From assembly GCA_964553615.1 (NCBI GenBank), contig CAZKMA010000008.1, positions 27,667 through 91,666 on the forward strand: DNA of 64,000 bases, read 5' to 3'. The stretch comes from an uncultured Spirochaetales bacterium (lineage in GTDB: Bacteria; Spirochaetota; Spirochaetia; DSM-27196; DATKUC01). This document shows positions 19,094 to 31,409 of this stretch, in pieces (position 1 is the first letter of the stretch; each line of letters begins with the position of its first letter). The notes beneath the pieces were generated by a model. The model did no database searches. It saw only the letters and a list, made by a program, of their open reading frames with translations, and was not told the origin of the DNA. A program made the position numbers and the translations under genes.

Positions 19094-20895
19094 TCTTCTT
19101 CCGTAGTCTTGAGCACAGTCAGAAACGCGGTTTGCGGCAACTCCACATTACCTACCATCTTCATCCGCTTCTTTCCCTCTTTTTGTTTCTCCAGAAGCTT
19201 CCGCTTCCGCGTTATGTCTCCGCCGTAACACTTCGCAGTTACGTCCTTGCGAAGCGGCGCAATGGTTTCCCTGGCAATGATCTGGCTCCCGATAGCCCCT
19301 TGAATCGGAATCTTGAACTGATGACGCGGGATCTCATCCCGGAGTCGCTTACATATTATCCGGGCTCGCTGTTGGGCACTCGGCCGATACACGAGCTGTG
19401 ACAGCGCATCCACCGGTTTTCCGTTCAACAGAATATCGAGCCGGACCAGATCGGTCGGCTGGTAACCACGAACCTCGTAGTCAAACGACGCATAGCCGCG
19501 GCTCACGGACTTCAGCCGATCATAGAAATCGTACAGAACCTCGGAAAGGGGCATCTCATAGATTACCTCAACACGCTTCTCGTCAAGATAGATCATGTCC
19601 TTCTGCACCGCGCGTTTTTCCATTGCAAGCGACATGACATTTCCAAGATAGGTCGTTGGGGAAATGATCGACGCCTTGATGTATGGTTCCTCCGTCTCAT
19701 CAATCATTGCCACATCCGGCAGATCCTGAGGATTGTCGAGAAAGATCTCCTCGCCGGTTTTCATACGGATATGGTACCGGACCGAAGGCGCGGTGAACAC
19801 GATTGACAGCCCGAACTCCCGTTCAATACGCTCCTGCACAACCTCAAGATGAAGCAACCCGAGAAATCCACATCGAAAACCGAATCCAAGCGCCGCAGAA
19901 GAGTCTTTTTCGTAGATCAGGGACGCGTCGTTGAGTTTCAGCTTCTCCATTGCCTTCACGAACTCGTCGTAGTCATTCGCGTCCACCGGATAGATCGAAG
20001 AAAACACGAACGGTTTCACTTCACGATAACCAGGAAGAGGTCCATCACACGGACGATCGCGATCGGTAATTGTGTCGCCGACTCGCACATCCGCAATGTT
20101 CTTGATACCTGCAAACAAGTATCCGACATCGCCTGCCGCTAGAGAATCCGTCTTCTCCATCGCAATCCTGAAATGTCCGATCTCTTCAATCTCGTGGACC
20201 GTCTCTCCGCGCCACAGGCGCACAGTCTGCCCCTGCCGCATGATACCCTCGAACACCCGTATGTGAACAACGACACCACGATACGGATCGTACTCCGAGT
20301 CGAAGATCAGCGCCTTCAGAGGATTCTCCGAATCGCCCGACGGTGGCGGAACCTGCTTCACAATGACCTCGAGCAGCTCGTCTATTCCGGTCCCTATCTT
20401 GGCCGAAACCAGCATGGCCAGGTCGGCATCCAGTCCCAGTTCGTGATCAATCTGGTGCCGGACCGAATCGATGTCGGCGCCGGGCAGATCAATCTTGTTG
20501 ATGACCGGAATGATTTCCAGGTTGTGCTCAAGTGCCAGATACATATTCGAGAGCGTCTGAGCTTCGACCCCCTGAGTCGCGTCGATGAGAAGAAGCGCTC
20601 CCTCACACGCGGAAATTGCACGCGAAACCTCATACGAGAAATCGACATGTCCGGGAGTGTCCACCAGATTCAGCTGATAGATTGTCCCGTCGGCTCCAAC
20701 ATAGGGTATGGCAATAGCCTGAGACTTGATGGTTATCCCACGCTCCCGTTCGATATCCATGCTGTCAAGGATCTGGTCCTTGAAGTAACGATCCTCGACC
20801 ATTTTGGCCTTCTGGATGAACCTATCGGCGAGAGTCGACTTTCCGTGATCGATATGGGCAATGATGCAGAAGTTGCGTATGTTTGTTTGTTTCAT
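19090..20895 (-). CDS. lepA: Elongation factor 4 (LepA)
   Basis: 601 aa. N-terminus IRNFCIIAHIDHGKSTLADR, then DTPGHVDF and NKID, plus a LepA C-terminal domain. Confidence 0.95.
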   Translation of the reverse strand: MKQTNIRNFCIIAHIDHGKSTLADRFIQKAKMVEDRYFKDQILDSMDIERERGITIKSQAIAIPYVGADGTIYQLNLVDTPGHVDFSYEVSRAISACEGALLLIDATQGVEAQTLSNMYLALEHNLEIIPVINKIDLPGADIDSVRHQIDHELGLDADLAMLVSAKIGTGIDELLEVIVKQVPPPSGDSENPLKALIFDSEYDPYRGVVVHIRVFEGIMRQGQTVRLWRGETVHEIEEIGHFRIAMEKTDSLAAGDVGYLFAGIKNIADVRVGDTITDRDRPCDGPLPGYREVKPFVFSSIYPVDANDYDEFVKAMEKLKLNDASLIYEKDSSAALGFGFRCGFLGLLHLEVVQERIEREFGLSIVFTAPSVRYHIRMKTGEEIFLDNPQDLPDVAMIDETEEPYIKASIISPTTYLGNVMSLAMEKRAVQKDMIYLDEKRVEVIYEMPLSEVLYDFYDRLKSVSRGYASFDYEVRGYQPTDLVRLDILLNGKPVDALSQLVYRPSAQQRARIICKRLRDEIPRHQFKIPIQGAIGSQIIARETIAPLRKDVTAKCYGGDITRKRKLLEKQKEGKKRMKMVGNVELPQTAFLTVLKTTEED

Positions 20896-20964
20896 GTCAG
20901 CGGTCAGGCGTTACTATACCGGAAAATGTGCTCTTCGTGAAGTATCAACACGGTTGTTGATACT

Positions 20965-22923
20965 TCACTTGTCCAGCACTGAACGAACCTTCTGCAGGAG
21001 CGTTTCGGGAGCAAACGGTTTCTGCAGGAATCCCCACGGAGAAGACTGTAACTCGGCTTCAACCGAAGGATCTTCCGGGTGGCCCGAAATCAGAAGCACC
21101 CGCAATTCGGGTATCAACGAACGGAGGCGCGTGCCGAGCTTCACACCGGTAATATGCGGCATCACCACGTCTGTAACGAGCAAATCGATCTTCTGGGTCT
21201 GCTCTTCCGTGATCAGCAGCGCCTCACCTGCGTTCTGCGTGGTGATGACCGTGTATCCGTTCATGCGCAGCACCCGCGTCAGCAATGCCTGCACTGACTC
21301 CTCGTCTTCCACAATCAAGACAGTCTCGTTGCCCGACAAACGGGTTTTCTCAACAATATGCACTTCCTCCTCGTCTTCATCACGTACGCTGAGCGGGAGA
21401 TACACGGAAAACGTGGCGCCGGAGTCCATGTTGTTGTTGACCTCTATGGCGCCGCCGGACTGGGTCACAATTCCATATACGGTCGACAGTCCAAGTCCGG
21501 TTCCCCGACCAACTGCTTTCGTTGTGAAGAATGGATCGAATATCCTGTTCACGACTTCGGATGGAATGCCCGTTCCGGAATCTATTACTCGAAGCACCGC
21601 ATACGAACCGGGTGCAACTATTCCGGTGCGTACCTTCTTCGGCTCTTTCACCTGCTCCACAAGCGTTCGAATAGTCAGTCGTCCCCCATCGGGCATTGCG
21701 TCCTTCGCGTTCACTGCAAGATTTATCAGTACCTGCTCGATCTGTCCCTGGTCAGCATGGATTCTGCAGGATTCATCGGTCAGCATGATCTGCATGGTAA
21801 TGTTTTCGCTGAGCAATCGGCGAACCATCTTTTCTACCTCGGAAACAATACGGTTCAGGCTGATTACTCGCGGCTGCATGACCTGATGACGACTGAACGC
21901 CAACAGTTGCCGTGTAAGGTTGGCGGATTTGGTGGCCGCGTTGAGGATGCCGTCGACGTCTTTTTCGAGTTCCTCCTTGCGACTGTCGTCCAACTTCCCG
22001 AGAGCCTCTTTCAGCAACTTGGAGTAGCCCATGATTATCGTAAGAAGGTTGTTGAAGTCATGAGCTATCCCTCCGGAAAGACGTCCTACAGCCTCCATTT
22101 TCTGTGCGTGCCGAAGTTGCTGTTCGCTTTCCCGCAGCGCCTTCTCGCTTTCCAGCCTGCTCGTTATGTCGTTCAGAACCCAAACCCATCCGGTATGCCG
22201 GCCCTTCCCATCAATGAGTGCACTCTGCCGAACGTCCACGGGTATGGGTGCGCCCTCCGCCGGCACCAGAACGCACCCCGCGGGGAAATCCATTGGAACG
22301 AGGAAATCGGGAGACGGCTCTGCAGTCATATCCGGAGTGTGGATCAGCACCTGATGATCTTCATCTTCCAGCCTGAGCATTTCCGAAAGCTGCATTCCAT
22401 AAACCTGGGACAACGACTTTTCGATAAATTGCTCGGCGACAGGATTCATGAAGTCAATTCTGTAGAAGCTGTCGGTCACGACGACGGCCTCTCCTATGCT
22501 CCGGAGTGTTGTAGAGAAGAGCTGTTCACGCTGAATGAGTTTCTGCTCCATTTCGTGGCGATACAGCGACAACACGATTGCAGTGCGAAGTTCTCGCTCC
22601 TCGAAAGGCTTGATGATGTAGGCGTATGGCTGCGTAAATTTCGCGCGCTGGATGGTGCTTTCGTCTGCATTTGCCGTCAGCAGGATGACCGGAATGCTAT
22701 GCTCCTCGGTAATCTGGGAAGCAGCTTCCAGACCATCCATCGTTCCCTGGAGCTTGATATCCATGAGTACCAGGTCCGGATTCAGTGCGGGAATTCCGTC
22801 GACCGCTTCCTCTCCGGATGCGAATATAGCGGGAACTTCATACCCGTACTTCTGGAGATGCATCTTGATATCGAGTGCTACAATTTGTTCGTCTTCGACA
22901 ATGACAATCTTCGCGCCGGCCAA
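20965..22923 (-). CDS. Hybrid sensor histidine kinase: REC-PAS-HisKA-HATPase-REC
   Basis: 652 aa with a TTG start. N-terminal REC (VIVEDE...LMDIKL...KPF), a PAS domain, the H-box GGIAHDFNNLL, N/G1/G2 boxes (NLAVNAKDAM, DSGTGI, GTGLGLS) and a C-terminal REC (LIVEDE...VTDVVMP). Confidence 0.85.
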   Translation of the reverse strand: MAGAKIVIVEDEQIVALDIKMHLQKYGYEVPAIFASGEEAVDGIPALNPDLVLMDIKLQGTMDGLEAASQITEEHSIPVILLTANADESTIQRAKFTQPYAYIIKPFEERELRTAIVLSLYRHEMEQKLIQREQLFSTTLRSIGEAVVVTDSFYRIDFMNPVAEQFIEKSLSQVYGMQLSEMLRLEDEDHQVLIHTPDMTAEPSPDFLVPMDFPAGCVLVPAEGAPIPVDVRQSALIDGKGRHTGWVWVLNDITSRLESEKALRESEQQLRHAQKMEAVGRLSGGIAHDFNNLLTIIMGYSKLLKEALGKLDDSRKEELEKDVDGILNAATKSANLTRQLLAFSRHQVMQPRVISLNRIVSEVEKMVRRLLSENITMQIMLTDESCRIHADQGQIEQVLINLAVNAKDAMPDGGRLTIRTLVEQVKEPKKVRTGIVAPGSYAVLRVIDSGTGIPSEVVNRIFDPFFTTKAVGRGTGLGLSTVYGIVTQSGGAIEVNNNMDSGATFSVYLPLSVRDEDEEEVHIVEKTRLSGNETVLIVEDEESVQALLTRVLRMNGYTVITTQNAGEALLITEEQTQKIDLLVTDVVMPHITGVKLGTRLRSLIPELRVLLISGHPEDPSVEAELQSSPWGFLQKPFAPETLLQKVRSVLDK

Positions 22924-23088
22924 CTTGCCCCCCGGGGTACGATCCGCTGAAATGCCAGATGACGTTCCAGATGAAGCCTCATCTGCACTTTCTATGCTTT
23001 GAGTGGTCGGGGCAATAGAGGATCCCCGGTTCCTATGACCATTCTAATGCATTTCCGAATGTACGCAACCACTAATTACCCGGGAATC

Positions 23089-24948
23089 TCAGTATACAAT
23101 ACTAGATAGCAGTCGATGGAGATCCTCCGCCCGAACCGGCTCCTGCAATTGGAGATGGGTATCGACATCGGATCCAGTCTGAACCGGTGCAGAACCAGCC
23201 CCGGCCACCTGGATGATATGCTCCGAGGCAATTTCCGTTGAAAGCTCTCCGGCGCGCGACCGAAGGAGACTTGATGAAACAAGGAGTACCATCCTGTCGC
23301 GGTCAAGAGTACTGATTGCGGATCTGAATTCCTCCATATCCCAGTATGCCCGCACGGTTACTCCCCAGGAAACCAGATGCGTGCTGACCGATTCAATGAA
23401 GGCACTGGACGGCGAGACGATGCAGACCGAAAGCGTCTTCAGCTGACCGGGCGGCGGACGCTCGAATCCCATCACAGTGTCGACTGATAGATGGACTCGT
23501 ACAGCGTTTGCAGGAAGTGCGCTGGACATCGCGGAGCTTCCGGAGTTTATCAGATCCAACAACCGAGTTCCGACTGCAAATCGGATTTCCGGAACAGAAA
23601 CAGGCCGGTCGATGGCTGATGAGTTCTCAACAATCTCGCGCATCGCATCCGACTCGGAGTTGCTGATCGTAATCTCGTATGTCGATCTCCCGTCCGCGAC
23701 CGGTCCTCCGGAATTCACCGATATTGCAACCTCATCTTCAGCGGTCGTATCGATGGCCCATTCTACCATGCTTTGCATGGCCCGTTGGATAACGCGCTTG
23801 TCCGCTCTGACGCCGCGATGCAGGTCCGGAGAATGGAGAATCACAAGGTGCCGTCCATTTCGATCCGCTCTCCTCGCACACAAAGCCATGACTTCGTAGA
23901 GCGATTCAACAAGGTCGAATCCAATTGGCTCATACTTCCTTCTGCCGGCTTCGAAATCCAGGAGATCAACAACCTCTTCGAGTATGGTAAGAGAGGACTC
24001 GGCTTCTTCGCGCAACCGACTCGCGAGGTCGTGGGAAGGCTCACCCTCAGAGGAATGTGCAAGGAGGTTTGAAAGGTCTCTCGTTTCCCGGGTGGAACTG
24101 ATCATTGAGTGGCTCATCGCGGAGAGCAGGAGAGTGCGCGAACGGGCGGACTCTTCCGCGGCAACCATTGCGCGTGAAACGTATTCCTGATATCGCTTTT
24201 CCAGCGTAATGTCACGAAACGCAATTACGTTCCCGCCGGCGGATTCCGCACCATCATTGACCGAGGACGCTCGACACTCCACGAATGTCTGTACACCGCT
24301 GGCGCTGGTAAGCGTCCCCCATGACTGGTCACTGCCGGGCCGGGGCAAGAGAGTCGATGTAACGAAGACAGTATCCAGGGCCTTTCCGACGCCCTCTTCA
24401 CAATTCCACCCGGTAAACCGTTCGGCGGCAGGGTTCATGTATGTCACGGTACCACTGCTATCGGTCCGAATTACTCCTTCTGAAAGATGGTCGAGGGTTG
24501 TCTTTAAAAGATGCTTGCTCTCCTCAAGCTCTCGTCTCATTTGATATTTTTCGATAGCAAGTTCGAGGGCGACCAGGAGCTCCCGTTCCTGAAATGGCTT
24601 CAAAACATAACCATAGAAGTCGGTCCGCTTTACTCTGTCAATGCTGTCCCGATCGGAGAAGGATGTAAGGTACACTACGGGAACGCCACTCTCCCGCTGC
24701 ATCCGCGAAGCGGCTTCTATCCCCCCAAACCGATTGGAAGGCCCGCCGGATGATCCGGCGGAAAGCTGAATGTCCATGAGCACAATTGAGGGGTGATGCT
24801 CACGGAACAATTCGATTGCGTCTTCCTCGTTCGTTGCATTTCCTACAACTCGATATCCGGCCCGAGACAGATGTTCCTCGATATCAAGAGCAATTATCGA
24901 TTCGTCTTCGACAATGAGCACCGTGTACGGATTATCTTGTTTGTTCAT
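23089..24948 (-). CDS. REC-PAS protein with a degenerate histidine-kinase-like module and a pseudo-receiver tail
   Basis: 619 aa. The N-terminal REC and PAS are paralogous to 20965-22923. A DHp-like MSHSMISSTRE follows. The CA-like region lacks the N, G1 and G2 boxes, and the C-terminal domain lacks the acidic pocket (CIVSPSS instead of xxVDDx). Confidence 0.7.
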   Translation of the reverse strand: MNKQDNPYTVLIVEDESIIALDIEEHLSRAGYRVVGNATNEEDAIELFREHHPSIVLMDIQLSAGSSGGPSNRFGGIEAASRMQRESGVPVVYLTSFSDRDSIDRVKRTDFYGYVLKPFQERELLVALELAIEKYQMRRELEESKHLLKTTLDHLSEGVIRTDSSGTVTYMNPAAERFTGWNCEEGVGKALDTVFVTSTLLPRPGSDQSWGTLTSASGVQTFVECRASSVNDGAESAGGNVIAFRDITLEKRYQEYVSRAMVAAEESARSRTLLLSAMSHSMISSTRETRDLSNLLAHSSEGEPSHDLASRLREEAESSLTILEEVVDLLDFEAGRRKYEPIGFDLVESLYEVMALCARRADRNGRHLVILHSPDLHRGVRADKRVIQRAMQSMVEWAIDTTAEDEVAISVNSGGPVADGRSTYEITISNSESDAMREIVENSSAIDRPVSVPEIRFAVGTRLLDLINSGSSAMSSALPANAVRVHLSVDTVMGFERPPPGQLKTLSVCIVSPSSAFIESVSTHLVSWGVTVRAYWDMEEFRSAISTLDRDRMVLLVSSSLLRSRAGELSTEIASEHIIQVAGAGSAPVQTGSDVDTHLQLQEPVRAEDLHRLLSSIVY

Positions 24949-24978
24949 GTTTTTCCGTTCACGCTTCAGACCATGCTG

Positions 24979-26998
<2,020 letters not shown>

Positions 26999-27000
26999 CC

Positions 27001-29184
27001 TTACTCGACCCTGGCCTCGGACTCCCGGGCAATAGCAATGTGCGAGAGTCTCGGCACGTCAAGGATCAGGGCCACGGTCCCATCCCCGAGGATCGTTGCG
27101 CCGGAGATTCCATCGACATCGCGATAGATTTTCCCGAGATTCTTTATCACCGTCTGGTTGTCACCGATGACCGAATCTACCAAAAACCCGATCTTTCGAC
27201 CTTCAACGCTCGTAACGACGATCTGTTCATTTGCGGGATATTCGTCGGAAAACCGAAACATCTCACGCATGCTCATGTAGGGAAGGATCTCGCCCCGGTT
27301 TTCTATCATGCGCCGATTCTTATGGTTCCGGCGTATCTCATCGGTCACTGCAATACATTCAGTGACGGCAGACAACGGGAACACATACTTCTCTCCGCCA
27401 ATATCCACCAGAAGTCCTTCTATTATGGCGAGCGTAAGAGGTATACCCAGTGTCGTCGTCATGCCCACGCCCGAAATGGACTCTATCTGCACGGTTCCGC
27501 CAAGGCTCTCAATCTCCTTCCGCACCACATCCATCCCGACACCGCGACCGGACACCGTGGTTACTTCGGTTGCGGTCGAAAAGCCAGGAGCAAATATGAG
27601 GTTCTTGCATTCGTCGTCGGAAAGTTGAACGTCCTTCGCCACAATGCCGCGGTCAATTGCCTTCGCGCGTACCCGGTCCAGATTCAGCCCGGCACCGTCG
27701 TCGGAGATCTTTATCAGCACGGATGCACCGGAATGGCTTGCCGCGAGCCGAACCACACCCTTCTGAGGTTTTCCATGCGCAACACGGTCTTCCGGACTCT
27801 CAATTCCGTGGTCGATACTATTGCGAATGATGTGGATTAATGGATCACTCAATCGATCGATTACCGTCTTGTCCAACTCTGTTTCGCCACCTTCGGTTAG
27901 CAGCTCAATTTGCTTTCCAAGCTCGCCTGAAAGATCACGAACGAGCCGTTTGAACTTGCTGAAGGTGGTGCCGATGGGGATCATGCGGATGCTCATGGTG
28001 CTATCTCTGAGCTCCGATGTGAGACGCTCGAGGCTCTCCGAAATCACCGTCAGGTGCGGATCGCTTCCACTCGAGCTCACCGTCTGGGAGAGTCGTGCCT
28101 GAAGCGTCACGAGTTCGCCCACCAGATCCACGAGCTGGTCGAGTTTGTCGGAGCCTACACGGATACTCGATGCGGCGAGTTCCGTCTGTGCACGAGTGCG
28201 CACGCGGTCGAGATGATTCTGCTCTTCGAGTGCCGCGTGAACGGCCGACGGGTCGACACCCGCATCTTCAACCAGTAACTGACCGAGTCGCTTTTGTCCG
28301 CTGGCAATGCTTTCCAGCCGTTCCCGGTCAATGACTCCCCGGTCAACCAGTATTTCACCCAGCTTCCTGTGCGGACCGTCGTTCAGAAGATCAACCTCGT
28401 CAATCGCCTGAACATCCAGAACAACGTTGTCCTCCACAAAGATGAAGACGTCCCGGACTGCGTTCAGACCCTTCCGGGAAGTCAATACAATGTCCCACGA
28501 TACATAGCATTTTTCGGGGTCCATGTCCGAGAGCGAGGGAACCCTGTCTACATAGGAAACGCACGAATACTCCCCAAGCGCGGAGACCTCGCGAAGCAGC
28601 AACAACGGGTTCGTCCCATCCTCGAAAATTCCGGGCTTTGGCTGGAACCTGATTCGGTAGGTCCGTTCCGGCTCGCTGGAAAGTGCTGGTCCCCGATCTG
28701 GTATCGATTCCGTCTGGTCGCCTCTCTTCTCCCTGCTACGGGTTGCGGAAGATGACTCGGCGGCCGTGCCACGGTGCGGAACATCGTCGGCATGTGCAGA
28801 GATTCTGCGGTACTCTTCCATCAATGTTTCCGATACCTCCAGGGCGTCTGCGGGCACCGGATCGCCGACATCCAGAAGATCACGGATGTGATCCCGGGTT
28901 CGCAGCGTAAGGCCGGTCAGAACTCCGGAAAAGGTCAGGCGTCCGTTCCGTACCAGATCCAGAACCGTCTCTACCTCATGAGTGAAAGTGGAGATGTGCT
29001 CGTACCCGAACATTGCAGCTGAGCCTTTGATAGTATGCATGGTTCGAAACACCCCGCCTATGAGGTCCTCATCCGACGGATTCTGCTCAAGACGCATCAG
29101 AGTCTCTTCAAGGGCGTTGAGCAGATCGTATGCTTCTTCCCGGAAATTTTCACGAAACTGGTCCATGGTGTCTTCTGATTTCAC
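27001..29184 (-). CDS. cheA: Chemotaxis histidine kinase CheA (P1-P5)
   Basis: 727 aa. HPt motif HTIKGSAAMFG, P3 dimerisation domain, HATPase (IIRNSIDHGIE, DDGAGL, GRGVGMD) and a C-terminal CheW-like P5 domain. Confidence 0.9.
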   Translation of the reverse strand: MKSEDTMDQFRENFREEAYDLLNALEETLMRLEQNPSDEDLIGGVFRTMHTIKGSAAMFGYEHISTFTHEVETVLDLVRNGRLTFSGVLTGLTLRTRDHIRDLLDVGDPVPADALEVSETLMEEYRRISAHADDVPHRGTAAESSSATRSREKRGDQTESIPDRGPALSSEPERTYRIRFQPKPGIFEDGTNPLLLLREVSALGEYSCVSYVDRVPSLSDMDPEKCYVSWDIVLTSRKGLNAVRDVFIFVEDNVVLDVQAIDEVDLLNDGPHRKLGEILVDRGVIDRERLESIASGQKRLGQLLVEDAGVDPSAVHAALEEQNHLDRVRTRAQTELAASSIRVGSDKLDQLVDLVGELVTLQARLSQTVSSSGSDPHLTVISESLERLTSELRDSTMSIRMIPIGTTFSKFKRLVRDLSGELGKQIELLTEGGETELDKTVIDRLSDPLIHIIRNSIDHGIESPEDRVAHGKPQKGVVRLAASHSGASVLIKISDDGAGLNLDRVRAKAIDRGIVAKDVQLSDDECKNLIFAPGFSTATEVTTVSGRGVGMDVVRKEIESLGGTVQIESISGVGMTTTLGIPLTLAIIEGLLVDIGGEKYVFPLSAVTECIAVTDEIRRNHKNRRMIENRGEILPYMSMREMFRFSDEYPANEQIVVTSVEGRKIGFLVDSVIGDNQTVIKNLGKIYRDVDGISGATILGDGTVALILDVPRLSHIAIARESEARVE

Positions 29185-29525
29185 ACGGGACTCCTTGGAG
29201 AGAGCTCCTCGTAATCAAAGAGCGCTGAAATGAGCTCCCCGGCATCTTCGGGCGCCTCGCTGCAGAATCCACCAACCTGCAGGGCAGCGCGGACTTCTTT
29301 AGAGAGTTTTCCGGAAAAACTTAATTCCTTGCCGAGTCGTACGGCTTCGCTCGCGGCGGCGTACAAAAGCTGTACAAACGAAAGATCGACGTCGGTGACC
29401 TTGGACAGATCAAGGGTTATGACATCGTATTCCGAAAGCAACGAGAGGAGATCAGCTCTGATCGATGCGGCCCGTTCAACGGTCAGGCTGCCGGCAAGTT
29501 TCAGTAGTTTGAGAGATTGAGACAT
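29181..29525 (-). CDS. STAS-domain protein (anti-sigma-factor-antagonist fold)
   Basis: 114 aa with a pattern typical of SpoIIAA/STAS (LTVERAASIRADLL...ITLDLSKVTDVDLSFVQLL). It has a 4-nt overlap with cheA. Confidence 0.6.
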   Translation of the reverse strand: MSQSLKLLKLAGSLTVERAASIRADLLSLLSEYDVITLDLSKVTDVDLSFVQLLYAAASEAVRLGKELSFSGKLSKEVRAALQVGGFCSEAPEDAGELISALFDYEELSPRSPV

Positions 29526-29594
29526 ATTGAGCCTCCACAGTTCTGCGCAATTCTACCGCATATTGCGAGAGGACACAATAGAGTATTCGAGTTT

Positions 29595-31409
29595 TTATAG
29601 AAAATTCGGTATTTCCAGAGACGTTCCGAGCTGAATTGCACGTTGAAGGAATCCGGCCTTTTTCTGCTTCATGACGAGCTGGACTATCGCGGCGTGTTGT
29701 TTCTTGTCGACTTTCCAGTTAACAACGGTGAGTGGATCCTGCGGTGAGAGGCCGGTCTCATCGGCAATGGAACCAGGATAGACGTACTTCACCACGAAAT
29801 CCCGCTGCCAGGGGAAGTCTGAAGTTGACTCTACATCCATGCCGAAGAGCGCCGGGAAGAGATCAGCGGGCTCCTGCGTCTTCAATGCTTCCTCTATCGG
29901 AATATAGGGCCTGTCCGAGGGCATCACATATCCACTTTGCGCGCGACCATCACGCTCCCAGGTAACGGAAAGAAGCGTGCGCTGGGGAAATGAAAGCAGA
30001 ACACTCTGCGCATCGCCCACCTTCCTGACATGATTTCCGTTTATCATGGTAATAATGTCGTGTTCCCGAAGTCCCGATATCTGCGCCGGAGACCCGGGGG
30101 CCACATACACCACTTCAAGGCCGTTGTTCACCACCTGGACATCTGCACCAATCCACGGATGAACTACATTACCCCCGCCATATAGCTGCGGAAGAAACTT
30201 GCGAATCCAGAACGACGGTATCGCGAAATTCACGCCCTGAAACTGTTCGATACCGGCAAAGACGACCCCGACAAGATCACCTTTTCCGTCAACGAGTGGG
30301 CCGCCACTGTTCCCGGGATTGACCGGGACATCCATCTGGATGGCGTCTCCCATCTGGAGAAACCGACGACCGGTGGCGGATATTATCCCCGAAGTAATCG
30401 TATTCTCAAGTCCGCCGGGTGATCCCATAGCGAATATCTGTTCACCCGGCTCGAGGGTCCGAATGTTCGTGAACGAAAACACGTATGCAGGGGTCACCTC
30501 TACTTTGATCAGCGCTATATCGAATATTTTGCTGTACCCTACCACCTGCGCCGGAATACGTTCATCCGGCTTATTCGGCAGTCGGACAAACAGACGGGAG
30601 TATCCTTCGTACGTTGGATCCACCTCGCTGCTGATCACGTGATAGTTCGTTATCAGATAACCCCGAGGATCGATGAAGAAACCGCTTCCAATGACACGGT
30701 CTGCATATCCAACGCCTCCCTGCATCTTGATGCCTCGATTCACCCATATCGTCACGGTTCCTTTGAGCATCTGAGACGGAGTCGGTGTCTTGTCAAGAAA
30801 CGCAACGAACTCCTTCGGCACCGCGACATGAGTTTGTTCGAGGGCCTTCACAATCACGGAAAGCCCATTACGGTTATTCAGAGAGACGGCAATCCTGCCG
30901 TACGAAAGAAGCTGATCCGAGGAGGCGACTTTCGGAAGATCGCCGATGTTCAACACCATATTCATCGCAGCGACATCGTTGCCATCGGTGCGATATCTTT
31001 CCGCAAGTTCGAGCGTGAGCTTACCAGGAGTAACCGCTTCTGCCTCTGAAGCAGCGCCAATTCCGTCGGGAATGAGCCTGGATTCCACCACGCGCCGAAG
31101 TGATTCAAGAAGTCCGATTGCCTCCCGATACTTCTTCTCCCTCACCGCGCGTTCGAACCGCGCGCGAATTGCCGCAACACCTTCTCGGCTGAACGCTGCG
31201 CGCTCTGCGGGGGTGAAGAGCTCTCCGTTATTCTGATAGTAAGTAATCCGCGGAAAGACACTCTGCGGTGTATCCGAATTGATGAGATCGTGAAGTTCCT
31301 TCTCGACCACTGATTTGCGATCGGGAGGCCGGGTGGTGACAACTGGAGATGTTGAACAGGACGCGAGAAGCGCCGCCAGAATGACGGCCATTACAAGACG
31401 GTATATCAT
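29595..31409 (-). CDS. Trypsin-like serine protease lipoprotein with PDZ domain (HtrA/DegP family-like)
   Basis: 604 aa with the lipobox LLASCS, a long helical N-domain, a protease core (ITNYHV, DIALIKV, GNSGGPLV) and a PDZ domain (VAPGSPAQISGLREHDIITMING). Confidence 0.75.
   Translation of the reverse strand: MIYRLVMAVILAALLASCSTSPVVTTRPPDRKSVVEKELHDLINSDTPQSVFPRITYYQNNGELFTPAERAAFSREGVAAIRARFERAVREKKYREAIGLLESLRRVVESRLIPDGIGAASEAEAVTPGKLTLELAERYRTDGNDVAAMNMVLNIGDLPKVASSDQLLSYGRIAVSLNNRNGLSVIVKALEQTHVAVPKEFVAFLDKTPTPSQMLKGTVTIWVNRGIKMQGGVGYADRVIGSGFFIDPRGYLITNYHVISSEVDPTYEGYSRLFVRLPNKPDERIPAQVVGYSKIFDIALIKVEVTPAYVFSFTNIRTLEPGEQIFAMGSPGGLENTITSGIISATGRRFLQMGDAIQMDVPVNPGNSGGPLVDGKGDLVGVVFAGIEQFQGVNFAIPSFWIRKFLPQLYGGGNVVHPWIGADVQVVNNGLEVVYVAPGSPAQISGLREHDIITMINGNHVRKVGDAQSVLLSFPQRTLLSVTWERDGRAQSGYVMPSDRPYIPIEEALKTQEPADLFPALFGMDVESTSDFPWQRDFVVKYVYPGSIADETGLSPQDPLTVVNWKVDKKQHAAIVQLVMKQKKAGFLQRAIQLGTSLEIPNFL

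Noticed and set aside
21358-22950. A 530-aa plus-strand ORF (and 20861-21886, 341 aa) opposite the hybrid histidine kinase.
   Set aside because: These are antisense shadow ORFs typical of GC-rich coding DNA. They have skewed, Arg/His/Leu-rich composition, no RBS and no motifs, whereas the minus-strand frame carries complete REC/PAS/HisKA/HATPase motifs.
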